Shown here piece by piece: positions 47,966 to 58,050 of a stretch of 64,000 bases of DNA. Under the pieces are notes generated by a model. The model saw nothing but the letters and a program-made list of their open reading frames with translations, was not told the origin of the DNA and ran no database searches. This stretch comes from Candidatus Aenigmatarchaeota archaeon (GTDB lineage: Archaea; Aenigmatarchaeota; Aenigmatarchaeia; CG10238-14; SCSR01). The DNA is taken from NCBI GenBank assembly GCA_016187415.1, contig JACPJT010000007.1:68821-132820 (forward strand), in the 5' to 3' direction. Position 1 is the first letter of the stretch; each line of letters opens with the position of its first letter. The position numbers and the translations under genes are program-made.

Positions 47966-48556
47966 TTATACGCCACTTAAAATTAATAATAAAATCGCCA
48001 ATAGCGCAAGGAATCCCCACACCCAAGGTTTCCACAGCAGCACTTTGCTCCCGTCCAAAGGCGGTATCGGTATAAGGTTGAAGAATCCCAGCCAAGCGTT
48101 GATTGCAGTCAGATAGTGAAATAACGAGCCGTTGAACAGGGAAAATACAATCGCCAAAAGCAGATTCACGGCAGGTCCAGAGACGGCTATAAGTCCCATT
48201 TCATTGGTCGCCACTTCCGGTCTTGGTCTTCTGAATCCCCACCTGCCGAATTTGTACGGATGGATTACAACCGCGCCGGGCGCGACCAGCCTTAACCCGA
48301 ATAGCATGAATATGAGACCGAACAATATTCCCTGCGGCCACATCTTGTAAAGTGCAACCATGCCAAACTTGTTGGCTACAAATTTATGCGCCAGTTCATG
48401 AAGCAAGAATGCTGTAATTACTACAATCACATAATATGGAATTAAGTTGACATCGACTCCGAAATTCGGAAATGGCCCCCTCCAAGCAAAAACTACAACC
48501 AATGCGATGATGGAAATTATTATATCCCGTATTTCCTCCTTTGTGAACGTTTCCAT
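47966..48556 (-). CDS. Small membrane metalloprotease (M50/site-2 protease-like)
   Basis: HExxH HELAHKF lies within a TM helix. 196 aa. Confidence 0.55.
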   Translation of the reverse strand: METFTKEEIRDIIISIIALVVVFAWRGPFPNFGVDVNLIPYYVIVVITAFLLHELAHKFVANKFGMVALYKMWPQGILFGLIFMLFGLRLVAPGAVVIHPYKFGRWGFRRPRPEVATNEMGLIAVSGPAVNLLLAIVFSLFNGSLFHYLTAINAWLGFFNLIPIPPLDGSKVLLWKPWVWGFLALLAILLLILSGV

Positions 48557-48589
48557 AATTTACATTAACATGCCGGATATTTTATCCTA

Positions 48590-50053
48590 TTGGTCTGCAA
48601 GTCACCAAGAGTTAAATCCCAGGATTCCGAAACTTGTATTATGAACCTTAAAAGAGAGCTGTCGTATTTTGATTTGACCAACATAGTCATAGGCTCGATA
48701 GTCGGCAGCGACATTTACATAGCGTCGGCGATTACAGCCGGATTGATCGGACCGTTTTCCATTATAGTGTGGCTGGCCGCCGGAATAATTGCAATATTGA
48801 TGGCGTTGGTCTTTGCATATTCCAGCTATTACGTTCCAAAGGTCGGCGGGTCGTTCGCGTTTGTTTCCAAGGCGTTCGATGATTTTTACGGGTTTCTTGC
48901 CGGATGGAGCATGTGGATAGCGGAAGTGCTTTCATTGCCCGTTTTTGCGATTACTTTCACGAACTACCTCCAGTATTTTATTCATCTGGATTTTCTACAA
49001 GAGGTTTTGGTAAAAGGGCTGTTCCTATTCGGCTTGACCTTTGTGAATATACTCGGTGTAAAGGCTTCCGGCAAGTTGAATGATGTCTTGACTTTGCTCA
49101 AACTTTCTCCTTTATTTTTGCTTATAATTGTCGGCCTGATGTATTTCGTCAACGAACCAAATACTTTCCTGTCTAATTATTCGCCATTTACGCCGCTCGG
49201 TATCGGTAATTTCGGCACTGCGCTGGTTCTGATATTCTGGGCATATGCCGGATTTGAATTGGGCACATTGCCAGCAAGCGAAGTTAAAGATCCGAAAAGG
49301 ACTATCCCAAAGGCAATCATAACAGGCATATTGTTTGTCACATTATTCTATCTGGCTACGAATTTCGTAGTATACGGCACAATAAACTGGACCCAATTGA
49401 CAAAAACTTCAGCGCCTCTTATACTTGTCGGCACGGCGCTCTTGGGATCATTGGGTGCGGTAATAATGAGTTCCGGTGCCATGCTTTCGGTTTCGGGCTC
49501 AGACGAATCTGGCATTCTCGGCACGGCCAGACTTTCCTATGCTATGTCGATAGACGGCCTGTTCCCAAAAATCTTTGCAAAAATACATCCAAAATATGGC
49601 ACCCCTTACATGTCGCTGATTATACAGGGAATGATAGCATTTGTCGTTTCGATATTCTCAGGGATTACCGGCTTGATTTCTTTCTCAGTATTCAACTTGG
49701 CGTTCTCTTTTCTGTTGACCTGTTTTTCCCTAATTATTCTGACAAAAAATAAAGAGAAGGGTCTTCCAGGACAGAATGTCATCCCATGGATAGGAATCGT
49801 TGTATGCCTCTATTTGATTTACTCGACTTCGACATTAGACAAGATAATGGGATCCGTTTTAATCTCGTTGGGCATACCCATATATATTTTCTTTTCGCCC
49901 AAGGCGGACATCAATCATCTCAAAAGACTGTTCATATCAGAGGAGTCCATTTTCAGCAGAAGATTGGAAAGAAAAGAGAAGTTTCTGGCAAATTTTGTAA
50001 TATGGATTAACGAGTTGTATAGAAAATTAAGATTGTTATTTGGAAGGCCCTAG
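48590..50053 (+). CDS. APC-family amino acid permease
   Basis: 12 TM. Carries GSDIYIASA and FAYSSYYVPKVGGSF. Probable start is M at 48641. Confidence 0.75.
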   Translation: MVCKSPRVKSQDSETCIMNLKRELSYFDLTNIVIGSIVGSDIYIASAITAGLIGPFSIIVWLAAGIIAILMALVFAYSSYYVPKVGGSFAFVSKAFDDFYGFLAGWSMWIAEVLSLPVFAITFTNYLQYFIHLDFLQEVLVKGLFLFGLTFVNILGVKASGKLNDVLTLLKLSPLFLLIIVGLMYFVNEPNTFLSNYSPFTPLGIGNFGTALVLIFWAYAGFELGTLPASEVKDPKRTIPKAIITGILFVTLFYLATNFVVYGTINWTQLTKTSAPLILVGTALLGSLGAVIMSSGAMLSVSGSDESGILGTARLSYAMSIDGLFPKIFAKIHPKYGTPYMSLIIQGMIAFVVSIFSGITGLISFSVFNLAFSFLLTCFSLIILTKNKEKGLPGQNVIPWIGIVVCLYLIYSTSTLDKIMGSVLISLGIPIYIFFSPKADINHLKRLFISEESIFSRRLERKEKFLANFVIWINELYRKLRLLFGRP

Positions 50054-50782
50054 GAAATAATTCAAGGCATCCTGTACATTTGAAACCTCCTTGACCTCGA
50101 TACCAATATCTTTTGATATATCCAATTTCTGCGGTTTGTATTCTGTTGTGCACAAAGTGACCGGCCCTATCTGTTCGCACTTCTTTTCAGGAACATAATT
50201 CACTTGACTTCCCTGCCCTACGGGAACTAGAAACAGTTTGGTTCCGACGTCTTTTGCCGCCTTCGCTTTCGCAAACACAGCGCCAATAGGGCCCACTGTT
50301 CCGTCGGGATTGATAGTTCCAGTTATCATCACATCATGCGATAGTGTTTTGTTCTCCAAGACAGCCACAGTTGCAACAGTAAGTGCGGCGCCCGCCGAAC
50401 CTCCCTCTATCAATGAGGCATCGGTTTCAATTGTGTATATCAGATCGATTTTCGATAAATCGGCGCCTGTGATGTTTTGTGCCACTCTTTCGGCAGTCCT
50501 GATGGAGTATTGCGTATCCACCCAGAAGAAAATATTGTCTATGTTAGTCAGTAACCTTCCTTCACCTGGTATAGCCTGCACTTTCAGCTTCGCGATAACG
50601 CCATTGCCTTGATTGTCGACAGCTGGAAGATTAATAGTCGCACTGTTTATAAGAATATTCCTTTGTTGTAAACTGTTGTTGGATTGCGATACCTGTGCGG
50701 GTCTGATAGCTGAGAACACAGACACAAGTATCAGGAATGATAAAATCACTATTCCAAACCCGATGACAAAATCTCTTTTCAT
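50036..50782 (-). CDS. Membrane-anchored Lon-like (S16) peptidase-domain protein
   Basis: Signal anchor. Ser-Lys dyad context GGSAGAALT...KAAKDVGTKLFLVP. Confidence 0.5.
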   Translation of the reverse strand: MKRDFVIGFGIVILSFLILVSVFSAIRPAQVSQSNNSLQQRNILINSATINLPAVDNQGNGVIAKLKVQAIPGEGRLLTNIDNIFFWVDTQYSIRTAERVAQNITGADLSKIDLIYTIETDASLIEGGSAGAALTVATVAVLENKTLSHDVMITGTINPDGTVGPIGAVFAKAKAAKDVGTKLFLVPVGQGSQVNYVPEKKCEQIGPVTLCTTEYKPQKLDISKDIGIEVKEVSNVQDALNYFLGPSK

Positions 50783-51095
50783 ATTTCACCTTCTATAAGT
50801 AAGATAGGAGCTCGCTCTGGTCGATATAATATCATAAGGTAGTTTTACCAATTACTCTTCTCCATCATGTTTTTCTCAAACATGGCATATATAACTTACT
50901 GATGCTTCCTTCCGGATCTGTCAGGTTTTATTATACACGCCACTCTGAGAGACACGACTTCTCAGTCGAGCAACTGGACTAACTTACAATACCATACCTT
51001 CCAGAGCTGTCGCCGCGCCGTGAACCGGATTTGCGCTTTAGGGAGCCGGTAGTTCCCCAGCCAAGCTCCTGTAAACAATAAAACAGTAATCTAAT

Positions 51096-52256
51096 TTAAA
51101 GCTTTGTTAAACTATTTTCTATCCTATCAAGAGCCTGTTCAATCTTTTCGTAAGCGGTGGCGTAGCTTAATCTCAAATAACCCTCGCCATATTTTCCGAA
51201 TTCTGTACCGGGTATAGTGACAACTTTGGCTTTTTTCAAAAGAAAATCTGCTAATTTTCCGGAAGACATTTTAAAACTTCTGATGTTTGGGAATGCATAA
51301 AATGCGCCTTTCGGATTTGTACAACTGATACCATGGATTTTGTTTAGCCTCTTTACAATCATTTTCCTTCTCCTATCATATTCTTTCAGCATCGTTTTTG
51401 TGTAAGATGATGAGTTTTTCAGAGCTTCTATTCCAGCCAATTGTGAAAATGTCGGCGCCGATAACGTTGTGCATACTTTAAACTCTTTCATCTCTTTGAT
51501 AATTCTTTCATCAGCAACCGCATACCCGACTCTAAAGCCGCACATCGCATAGGTCTTTGAAAAACTCTGGATAGTTATTACCTTTTCATCCATGCCATTA
51601 AAACTGCCAATGCTGATATGCTTGGATCCATCATAAGTTAATTTTTCATATGCTTCATCAGATATTATTGTAAGATTTTTATCAACGGCTATGTCGGCTA
51701 TTTCTTCCAAAACATTTTTGGATAAGACAGTCCCGGTCGGGTTCGATGGTGTATTAATCACCAAAACTTTTGTCTTTTTTGTAATCAATTTCCGTAAAAC
51801 ATCAGGATGAATTTCAAAACAGTCGCTCTCTTTTAATGGAAGTGGTTTCGATATACCGCCAATCAATTCAACTATCGGCCTGTATGCGACATATCCCGGA
51901 TCTGGTACAATGGCTTCTTCCCGCGGGTTTAGCATCGTCAATATCGAAAGCAGTATCGCTTCTTTGGAGCCGCATGTTATTATTATTCGATCAGAGTTTG
52001 AATTTATTCCATTGTCCCTTTTTAATTTTTTAACGAGCTCTTCCCTCAGTTCATGCCTTCCCTGAAGCGGGGAATAGTGCGTATACCCCTTTTCAAGAAA
52101 ATTTTCTGCAGACTTGACAACATTCGGCGGCGCCGGAAAATCTGGCTCGCCCGCCCCCAGCGAAATTATTTCTGGATGCTCCTCAATTATCCGCAAACTC
52201 TGTTCGATTTTTGTCTCTTCAATCACTTTTATTCGATCAGCGAACTTTATTTTCAT
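51096..52256 (-). CDS. Class I/II PLP-dependent aminotransferase (aspartate aminotransferase family)
   Basis: PLP-Lys motif SFSKTYAMCGFRVGY. Confidence 0.85.
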   Translation of the reverse strand: MKIKFADRIKVIEETKIEQSLRIIEEHPEIISLGAGEPDFPAPPNVVKSAENFLEKGYTHYSPLQGRHELREELVKKLKRDNGINSNSDRIIITCGSKEAILLSILTMLNPREEAIVPDPGYVAYRPIVELIGGISKPLPLKESDCFEIHPDVLRKLITKKTKVLVINTPSNPTGTVLSKNVLEEIADIAVDKNLTIISDEAYEKLTYDGSKHISIGSFNGMDEKVITIQSFSKTYAMCGFRVGYAVADERIIKEMKEFKVCTTLSAPTFSQLAGIEALKNSSSYTKTMLKEYDRRRKMIVKRLNKIHGISCTNPKGAFYAFPNIRSFKMSSGKLADFLLKKAKVVTIPGTEFGKYGEGYLRLSYATAYEKIEQALDRIENSLTKL

Positions 52257-52352
52257 TAAAAATGACTTGAATTTGCATAAAAATAAAATTTTCTCGAACC
52301 ATAAACGTTTATATACTTACTACGCACAAGAGATAGAATAGGTGAAAATCTC

Positions 52353-52442
52353 AATGGAAGACGACCTGAACGACTCAGAATTCGCTGACGACGAATTTTC
52401 TGACGATGACGCGTTTCTTGGCGAAGAATCAGACGATTTCTA
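52353..52442 (+). CDS. Tiny acidic ORF (29 aa, MEDDLNDSEFADDEFSDDDAFLGEESDDF)
   Basis: Compositional bias only; may not be a gene. Confidence 0.15.
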
Positions 52443-52490
52443 AAATTTCTTCTTTTTCTTTCTTCTTTTTCTATTCTACAGATGATATTT

Positions 52491-53900
52491 CTATTCACTA
52501 AGGTCGACCAACGGTTTGTTGCTCGTTGTATTCACACCGTCGTTCTTGATAACGATATTATGATCGCCAGGGCCGAATCTTGTTGAATTTGTGATGTCTA
52601 TTCTTTGATACGGAATAACGAATCTTATTTTCACCGGTCCGGATTTCAGTTTTACATTATCAAAGTAATTTGTTCCGGGTGAAGAGAGAACTATAGTTTC
52701 ATTGGCTGCGTTGGCTATATTCGGGATTTCTCCAGATGTTGTGATTTTTTTTATCGAGGTTTCGTATAAGAATGCAATTTCAGTGGCTGTCAGCGACCTA
52801 TTCCATATCATAACCTCGTCTATAGTGCCGTTGAAAAAACTTCCAGTACCATCGGTAGATCCGATTACGATGTTGGTTGCGTTAGTCATCATACTACCAG
52901 ATCTTGAGGAAGAACTGACCGATACACCATTTTTATATAGAGTTAATGTGGTTCCGTTATATGTGCATGCAAAATGGATCCATGTATCATTTTCGAAACT
53001 TGTACTTGTACGAGGCTCTCCAACGTTACTCGAATTAGTTATGAAGCACGAAAACCTTGGACTTTCACCGACAGGATTAAGCCTTAACAGATAATCACCA
53101 AGTTTGCTGATAACTCGCCCTTCTGCATTCATATCAGTTCCTTTAACCCACGCCATCATGGTTATTGTATTGGTTATATTGAGAGTACTTGGAGTTCCTA
53201 CGTCTGTGTAATCCCCAACGCCATCATAATTTGTTGCGTTGCCAAAATTCCCTGTTACCCAACTTGGGCATGCGTTATTTGTGAAACATGCAGCCACAGT
53301 CGCATTTTTTAATGTACCGTTGTTCCTATAACCAGAGTAATCGTATGCTGTTGCTATGGAAGTGTTTATATTTCCATCAAACGGTAAAAATAAAACCAAA
53401 TCTCGCGGCTCACCCGGTACAAGATAAATCTGGCCTTTAGGATCCGTCGAAGGTATTACATCAGCTGATAATTGGAAGTTGGAAATATTACCTTCAGCAT
53501 ACCGGTTGAAATATTCCAGAAACGTGGGACTGGTTTCTATTTTCACATCGCCAGAAAAACCATCTAGAATAGTTCTTGTTCGGGGCGTATAGTCCAGATA
53601 AACCCAATCGTTTCCAGGATCCGTTCTCAACACGCCCTCTGTAATCTTAAGATGTATTGTCCTTTTTGATCCCTGTGCTTCCGATGCGACTGCTTTGACT
53701 GCAGAATCTATCAATTGCATGTTTTGCGTAGCTTCGTTGACTATACCGGCGTCTTTTGCCCTGTCGAGCATGGGATTTATGACCACCAGTACAATCGCCA
53801 TCGCCGCAAAGCCGAACGCTATAACCAGCACCATTGATATGAGCGGTGACAATCCTTTCATGGATTTAAATTTGGATTCAGTCGAAATAAAGGCGTTCAT
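52491..53900 (-). CDS. Pilin-like LamG (concanavalin A-like lectin) domain protein
   Basis: Internal start MKG|LSPLISMVLVIAFGFAAMAIVLVV (at 53861). LamG signatures: YDYSGYRNNGTL, DGVGDYTD, W.HFACTYNGTTLTLYKNG, and FNGTIDEVMIWNRSLTATEI. Confidence 0.55.
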   Translation of the reverse strand: MNAFISTESKFKSMKGLSPLISMVLVIAFGFAAMAIVLVVINPMLDRAKDAGIVNEATQNMQLIDSAVKAVASEAQGSKRTIHLKITEGVLRTDPGNDWVYLDYTPRTRTILDGFSGDVKIETSPTFLEYFNRYAEGNISNFQLSADVIPSTDPKGQIYLVPGEPRDLVLFLPFDGNINTSIATAYDYSGYRNNGTLKNATVAACFTNNACPSWVTGNFGNATNYDGVGDYTDVGTPSTLNITNTITMMAWVKGTDMNAEGRVISKLGDYLLRLNPVGESPRFSCFITNSSNVGEPRTSTSFENDTWIHFACTYNGTTLTLYKNGVSVSSSSRSGSMMTNATNIVIGSTDGTGSFFNGTIDEVMIWNRSLTATEIAFLYETSIKKITTSGEIPNIANAANETIVLSSPGTNYFDNVKLKSGPVKIRFVIPYQRIDITNSTRFGPGDHNIVIKNDGVNTTSNKPLVDLSE

Positions 53901-54514
53901 GATATTTTCACATTTTGTTGAAATTTATTTACATGCACGGCGCGCAAGCTAATCAGTCTGATATCAAAGAATCCAGTGTACGTGTCTTTATTGTTTCTTG
54001 TCTGTACCGTAATATTTTCTTCGTAATTCTCGGTTGGCAAGGTCACAGTCAGGTTGTAAGTCTGGCCGTTTGTGAATGTAAAATTATTGATCCAGATGCC
54101 GCTATCATTCAATAGTGTGGAATTTGTCTGTACAACAGACGTGTTCAGTTTGATGGTAACGTTTAGGTTTGTCTTTTCCAGAAAGTTGAAAATTGTTATG
54201 TTCATTGTCTGGTTTGTCGAGTTTGCAAGCACACCAACATATAACGCACTGAAATCCAGTGAATGCCGGTTGCTCCCAGTTCTGGTGAAATTCAGAAAAT
54301 CTATGGAGTGATCCAGTATGGTCTGCGGATTTGTTATCGACGTTTGAATTATTTCCTTTATCTCATTGTTCGTGTTTGCAAATACAGAATCTTCCAGCGA
54401 CACATCCAAAATATCCCTTTCAGTGGAAATCTGGGATATTATTGAATAAGCTTTCAGTGCAACGAGTGCTCCTATGATGATGACTGCAGTCAGTAAAAGC
54501 ACCTGTGCCTTCAT
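53897..54514 (-). CDS. Pilin-like protein (MKA|QVLLLTAVIIIGALVAL)
   Basis: 4-nt overlap with neighbours on both sides. N-glycosylation sequon-rich. Confidence 0.45.
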   Translation of the reverse strand: MKAQVLLLTAVIIIGALVALKAYSIISQISTERDILDVSLEDSVFANTNNEIKEIIQTSITNPQTILDHSIDFLNFTRTGSNRHSLDFSALYVGVLANSTNQTMNITIFNFLEKTNLNVTIKLNTSVVQTNSTLLNDSGIWINNFTFTNGQTYNLTVTLPTENYEENITVQTRNNKDTYTGFFDIRLISLRAVHVNKFQQNVKIS

Positions 54515-54909
54515 TCAAATCCCCACACATGAACTCTGATTTCTTTCGGAGTATAGTTGCCGATGTCACCAACGATGTAGTAGCTGACGCCCACTATGTC
54601 TGCCGCCTGATCGGTGACCTCGGCAGTCAGATTGTTAAATGATTTATTGTAAATTGCAACATTCAACTGGAGAGTCACAGGCAGGAACCCAGCCAGATCA
54701 CTTTTAATTCCAGTTGCGTTGTTGTTCAATACTTGGTCCCTCAAAGACCCTTTGGCTCCCAACGTGTCCAATGCTTTGTACACATCCGTCTTAATATTTG
54801 CCCTGTCTATTTCCGTGTTTCTTTGCGGTGTCATGAAAAGCAAAAAGAAAAATGTGACTATCATTACGATTGCAACCGCTGCTTCAATTGTGTAATATGT
54901 GCCCTTCAT
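54511..54909 (-). CDS. Pilin-like protein (MKG|TYYTIEAAVAIVMIVTFFF)
   Basis: Class III-like N-terminus. 132 aa. Confidence 0.5.
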   Translation of the reverse strand: MKGTYYTIEAAVAIVMIVTFFFLLFMTPQRNTEIDRANIKTDVYKALDTLGAKGSLRDQVLNNNATGIKSDLAGFLPVTLQLNVAIYNKSFNNLTAEVTDQAADIVGVSYYIVGDIGNYTPKEIRVHVWGFE

Positions 54910-56174
54910 TTTTGTGTAACCTCGACCCTAAAATCAAAGTCATTGCCTAAAATCGCTTTTACCTCTTTGTAATCACGCGAAGTTAAATTCTGCAACTTTG
55001 CCGCTGATATAGCTGTCACATTCTCTGCCGGGAATGACGTTACTGTTAGAAGTGTGGCATTCGCGACTGAAGCAATTTCAGCTGTTGTCAAAGTTTTATT
55101 ATAGATTCTGACATCATCTATTGTTCCGTTGAAATATTCAGTTGGAGAGATTCTTGTTCCTATATTTGCCGTACCACTCCCTGTATTTATTGAAAACCCT
55201 CTTGTATCGAGCAATACACCATCCAAATATGTGGACGCACTAGTTCCATCAAATGTTACCAGGACATGATGCCACTTCCCATCGTTAACTGTGGCTGTTA
55301 CAGTGTATTGTGGTGATCCCCATGAAGAAACAAAAATCGCGGCGCCCGACACACCGACTGTAAATGCTTCACCAGTGGCGGTATTGCCATACGAAACTAT
55401 TTCACCCAATCCTGACATTGTTGTGTTCACCCAAGCCGCAACAGTTCTTGGCGTAGTCCCTATCGGTAAGTTTGTTGTACCACCCGTTATACTAACGTAG
55501 TCGTCTAAACCATCGAACTTTAAGCAGCTGCCAGACTTGCAATTAGTTCCGTTGAACCACCCCGATGAAGAATTGAAATCAAAATTGGTCAAAGTTCCGT
55601 TATTCTGATAGCCGGAAGAATCCTTAGCCACAGTGCCGCCCGCCTCATCAAATTTCCAATATCCCTCGCGTGTTATATTGTGGTTTGGCGCGCTTGTGTT
55701 AGTGTTGTTTATGGAATACACGTAAACTTTCTTATTTTCATTGGCAGAGATGTTTACAATGAAGCTTACTATGGACGTGTTCAGCCACTGCCCGCTGCAA
55801 AATTCTTGATAAGAAATTTTTGATGGCAATTCATTGAATTGCTGGTCATAAACCCTGACTGTATTGTTCCACGACATTAATTTGTTGCATAGGTCATCGA
55901 ATGCCACGCTTAGAGAAACAATCTCATTCACCCTGTTGGTCCCGTTAGTTTCCTGCAAGAGAAGAGGTATTCTGTATAAATCCGTGGTCACTCTTTCGTT
56001 GGTTGGGATGCCGCTGCTGCCGAAAAGTATGTCGAATAAACTTTTCGTTTTGTCCCTGAGTTCGATAATCGTCACGGATTCGGGTGTTCGTGTGAAATAA
56101 TTTATGGTGGACACCAGCACAAGTGCCACAAAAATTAAGAAGACGGATATTGCAACTATGAATGAAATGTCCAT
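54906..56174 (-). CDS. LamG (concanavalin A-like lectin) domain surface protein
   Basis: Carries GYWKFDEAGGTVAKDSSGYQNNGTL, CLKFDGLDDYV, WHHVLVTFDGTSASTYLDG, and FNGTIDDVRIYNKTLTTAEI. N-terminal signal anchor. Confidence 0.55.
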   Translation of the reverse strand: MDISFIVAISVFLIFVALVLVSTINYFTRTPESVTIIELRDKTKSLFDILFGSSGIPTNERVTTDLYRIPLLLQETNGTNRVNEIVSLSVAFDDLCNKLMSWNNTVRVYDQQFNELPSKISYQEFCSGQWLNTSIVSFIVNISANENKKVYVYSINNTNTSAPNHNITREGYWKFDEAGGTVAKDSSGYQNNGTLTNFDFNSSSGWFNGTNCKSGSCLKFDGLDDYVSITGGTTNLPIGTTPRTVAAWVNTTMSGLGEIVSYGNTATGEAFTVGVSGAAIFVSSWGSPQYTVTATVNDGKWHHVLVTFDGTSASTYLDGVLLDTRGFSINTGSGTANIGTRISPTEYFNGTIDDVRIYNKTLTTAEIASVANATLLTVTSFPAENVTAISAAKLQNLTSRDYKEVKAILGNDFDFRVEVTQK

Positions 56175-56182
56175 AAATATAC

Positions 56183-58039
56183 TTATTCTCTAATAATATT
56201 TCTGCTTAGCTTGGTCCTGACTATGATTGCAATTATGATGACAATTGCCGTAATAGCCGCCAACACGGTTATTAGTATAATATAGTCGTTTGTCAAGGTA
56301 AGTGAAATTACAGGGAGTGTAATACCGCTTGTTTGGGTTGTCTTTTCATTCTCTATGCCAGTTATGCCTGTCGACGGATTGCCGGTGCTTGAACTAGATC
56401 CGCTATTTACAGTAGCATTATTAGACGGGCTGCTGCTGGCCGATGAAGAAGCCCCGGCAAGATTGACTACACTGATGTTCTTGGATTCCACATCTATATT
56501 TCCCGCTTTGTCCTCAGCCGATATGCTAAGAGTGTATCTGCCATCATTCAGTTGTCTGGAATTGAAACTGGTCGAACATAAAAAGCTTGAGGGCGTCTGG
56601 GGAGTGCATGTCATATTTCCAGCGAAGGAACTGAGAATAAAGCCAACTCTGCTTTGATTCAGATTAACGTCGATTATACTAGCTGTTATTGTAAAATCTC
56701 CGCTGACATCCGAAACAGGTTCTGTAATTGTCACTTTCGGTTTTGTATTATCGATGACAGCTGTAATAGTTGAAAAGATGTCGGAGTTAAGATTGTTTAT
56801 AGCCCTAGCTCTTATTGTATAACCGCCGTCAGCGAAAGTGATTGTATCAAGCGGATATGAGCAACTGGTGAAATTTATATCGCATGTCATATTCTTAGTT
56901 ATATTATTTCCAGGACTTTCCACAGACAATCCTACATAGTTAACAACGCCTGTATTTGCAAGAGTTGACTGGACAAGTGCAGTGCCGCCTACAACAGCAT
57001 TATTTTTGGGTTGGGTGATGGAGATGAACGGTTGCGAGTTGATGGTCCTGATGGTGACATTTGCGGACTTGGAGTTCCCGGCGTTGTCCGTCACGGTAAA
57101 CACGATTGTATGATTTCCGTCCTGTAAACTGGATGTTGGTAGCACGGCGCTGCAAGTTGAATTCTGTCTAGTGCCGGTGCATCCCAGCGAACCCGACATG
57201 CTTTCTACGTTGTATAGGACTTTAGCAAGATTCACACCAGAATAATAATCACTGACATTTGATGTCAGTTGCGCATTGCCGCTTAGTACCGTGGGTGACG
57301 GAGAGATGATTTTGATATCAGGAATTTCATTGTCGACCATCACATTAATGTTGGTCGATGCATTATTGTTTACATTGTCAGAAGCGTTTACATACAATGT
57401 CAATGTTTGATTGTTTGAAAAAATTGTAGTGTCCAGATATTTTTGGAAGCTGTTCATGCTTACATTGTTGATGGTGTTCCATTGGGAATTATCCAAGGAA
57501 TATTTAACAGTATTATTATTCACGCCCGAAGCGGCATCGGTTACTGTTATGGAGATTGTTTGATTGCCGCTGACATAGCTGTTATTGACAGGGCTTGAGA
57601 ACGAGATTACAGGAGGGTTCCTGTCCAAGGTAAATATTAGCGGGCTGGTTGAATTGCCATCATAGCCCGTTACACCGTTTGTGTCATTCGCCTGGAAATA
57701 AAACAATTCAATCGTGTCGGATCCGGCAATAGCAAATGATATAGTCTTACTGCATTTCCATTCATTGGTGGTATTCGCACACGGCATGGTATAGTTGTCC
57801 CAGCTATCCCCTTGTTGATAAGCATTCTGCGATATTATATACAGCAAAACCGAGCCGGCATTCAGACTGTTCTCTGTGATGTTGATCGAAAGCGTCTTCG
57901 TGCCGCCGCCTATGTAAACATTATTGCTTGGTTGGGGATCATGAAGCAGGGGTGTAGCATTGACCATGTTTGAAAACAATATGCTCGAAAAAAGGAAGAC
58001 AATCACCAAACACGACAATTTCATATAAGTTATTTGCAA
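56183..58039 (-). CDS. Large surface protein with repeated Ig-like modules, Ser-rich stalk and C-terminal TM anchor
   Basis: Sec-type signal. Repeated V..D.(A/Y)SGVN modules. SSSASSSPS...TGNPSTG linker followed by a TM and a basic tail. Confidence 0.5.
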   Translation of the reverse strand: MQITYMKLSCLVIVFLFSSILFSNMVNATPLLHDPQPSNNVYIGGGTKTLSINITENSLNAGSVLLYIISQNAYQQGDSWDNYTMPCANTTNEWKCSKTISFAIAGSDTIELFYFQANDTNGVTGYDGNSTSPLIFTLDRNPPVISFSSPVNNSYVSGNQTISITVTDAASGVNNNTVKYSLDNSQWNTINNVSMNSFQKYLDTTIFSNNQTLTLYVNASDNVNNNASTNINVMVDNEIPDIKIISPSPTVLSGNAQLTSNVSDYYSGVNLAKVLYNVESMSGSLGCTGTRQNSTCSAVLPTSSLQDGNHTIVFTVTDNAGNSKSANVTIRTINSQPFISITQPKNNAVVGGTALVQSTLANTGVVNYVGLSVESPGNNITKNMTCDINFTSCSYPLDTITFADGGYTIRARAINNLNSDIFSTITAVIDNTKPKVTITEPVSDVSGDFTITASIIDVNLNQSRVGFILSSFAGNMTCTPQTPSSFLCSTSFNSRQLNDGRYTLSISAEDKAGNIDVESKNISVVNLAGASSSASSSPSNNATVNSGSSSSTGNPSTGITGIENEKTTQTSGITLPVISLTLTNDYIILITVLAAITAIVIIIAIIVRTKLSRNIIRE

Positions 58040-58050
58040 TTGTGAATAAA

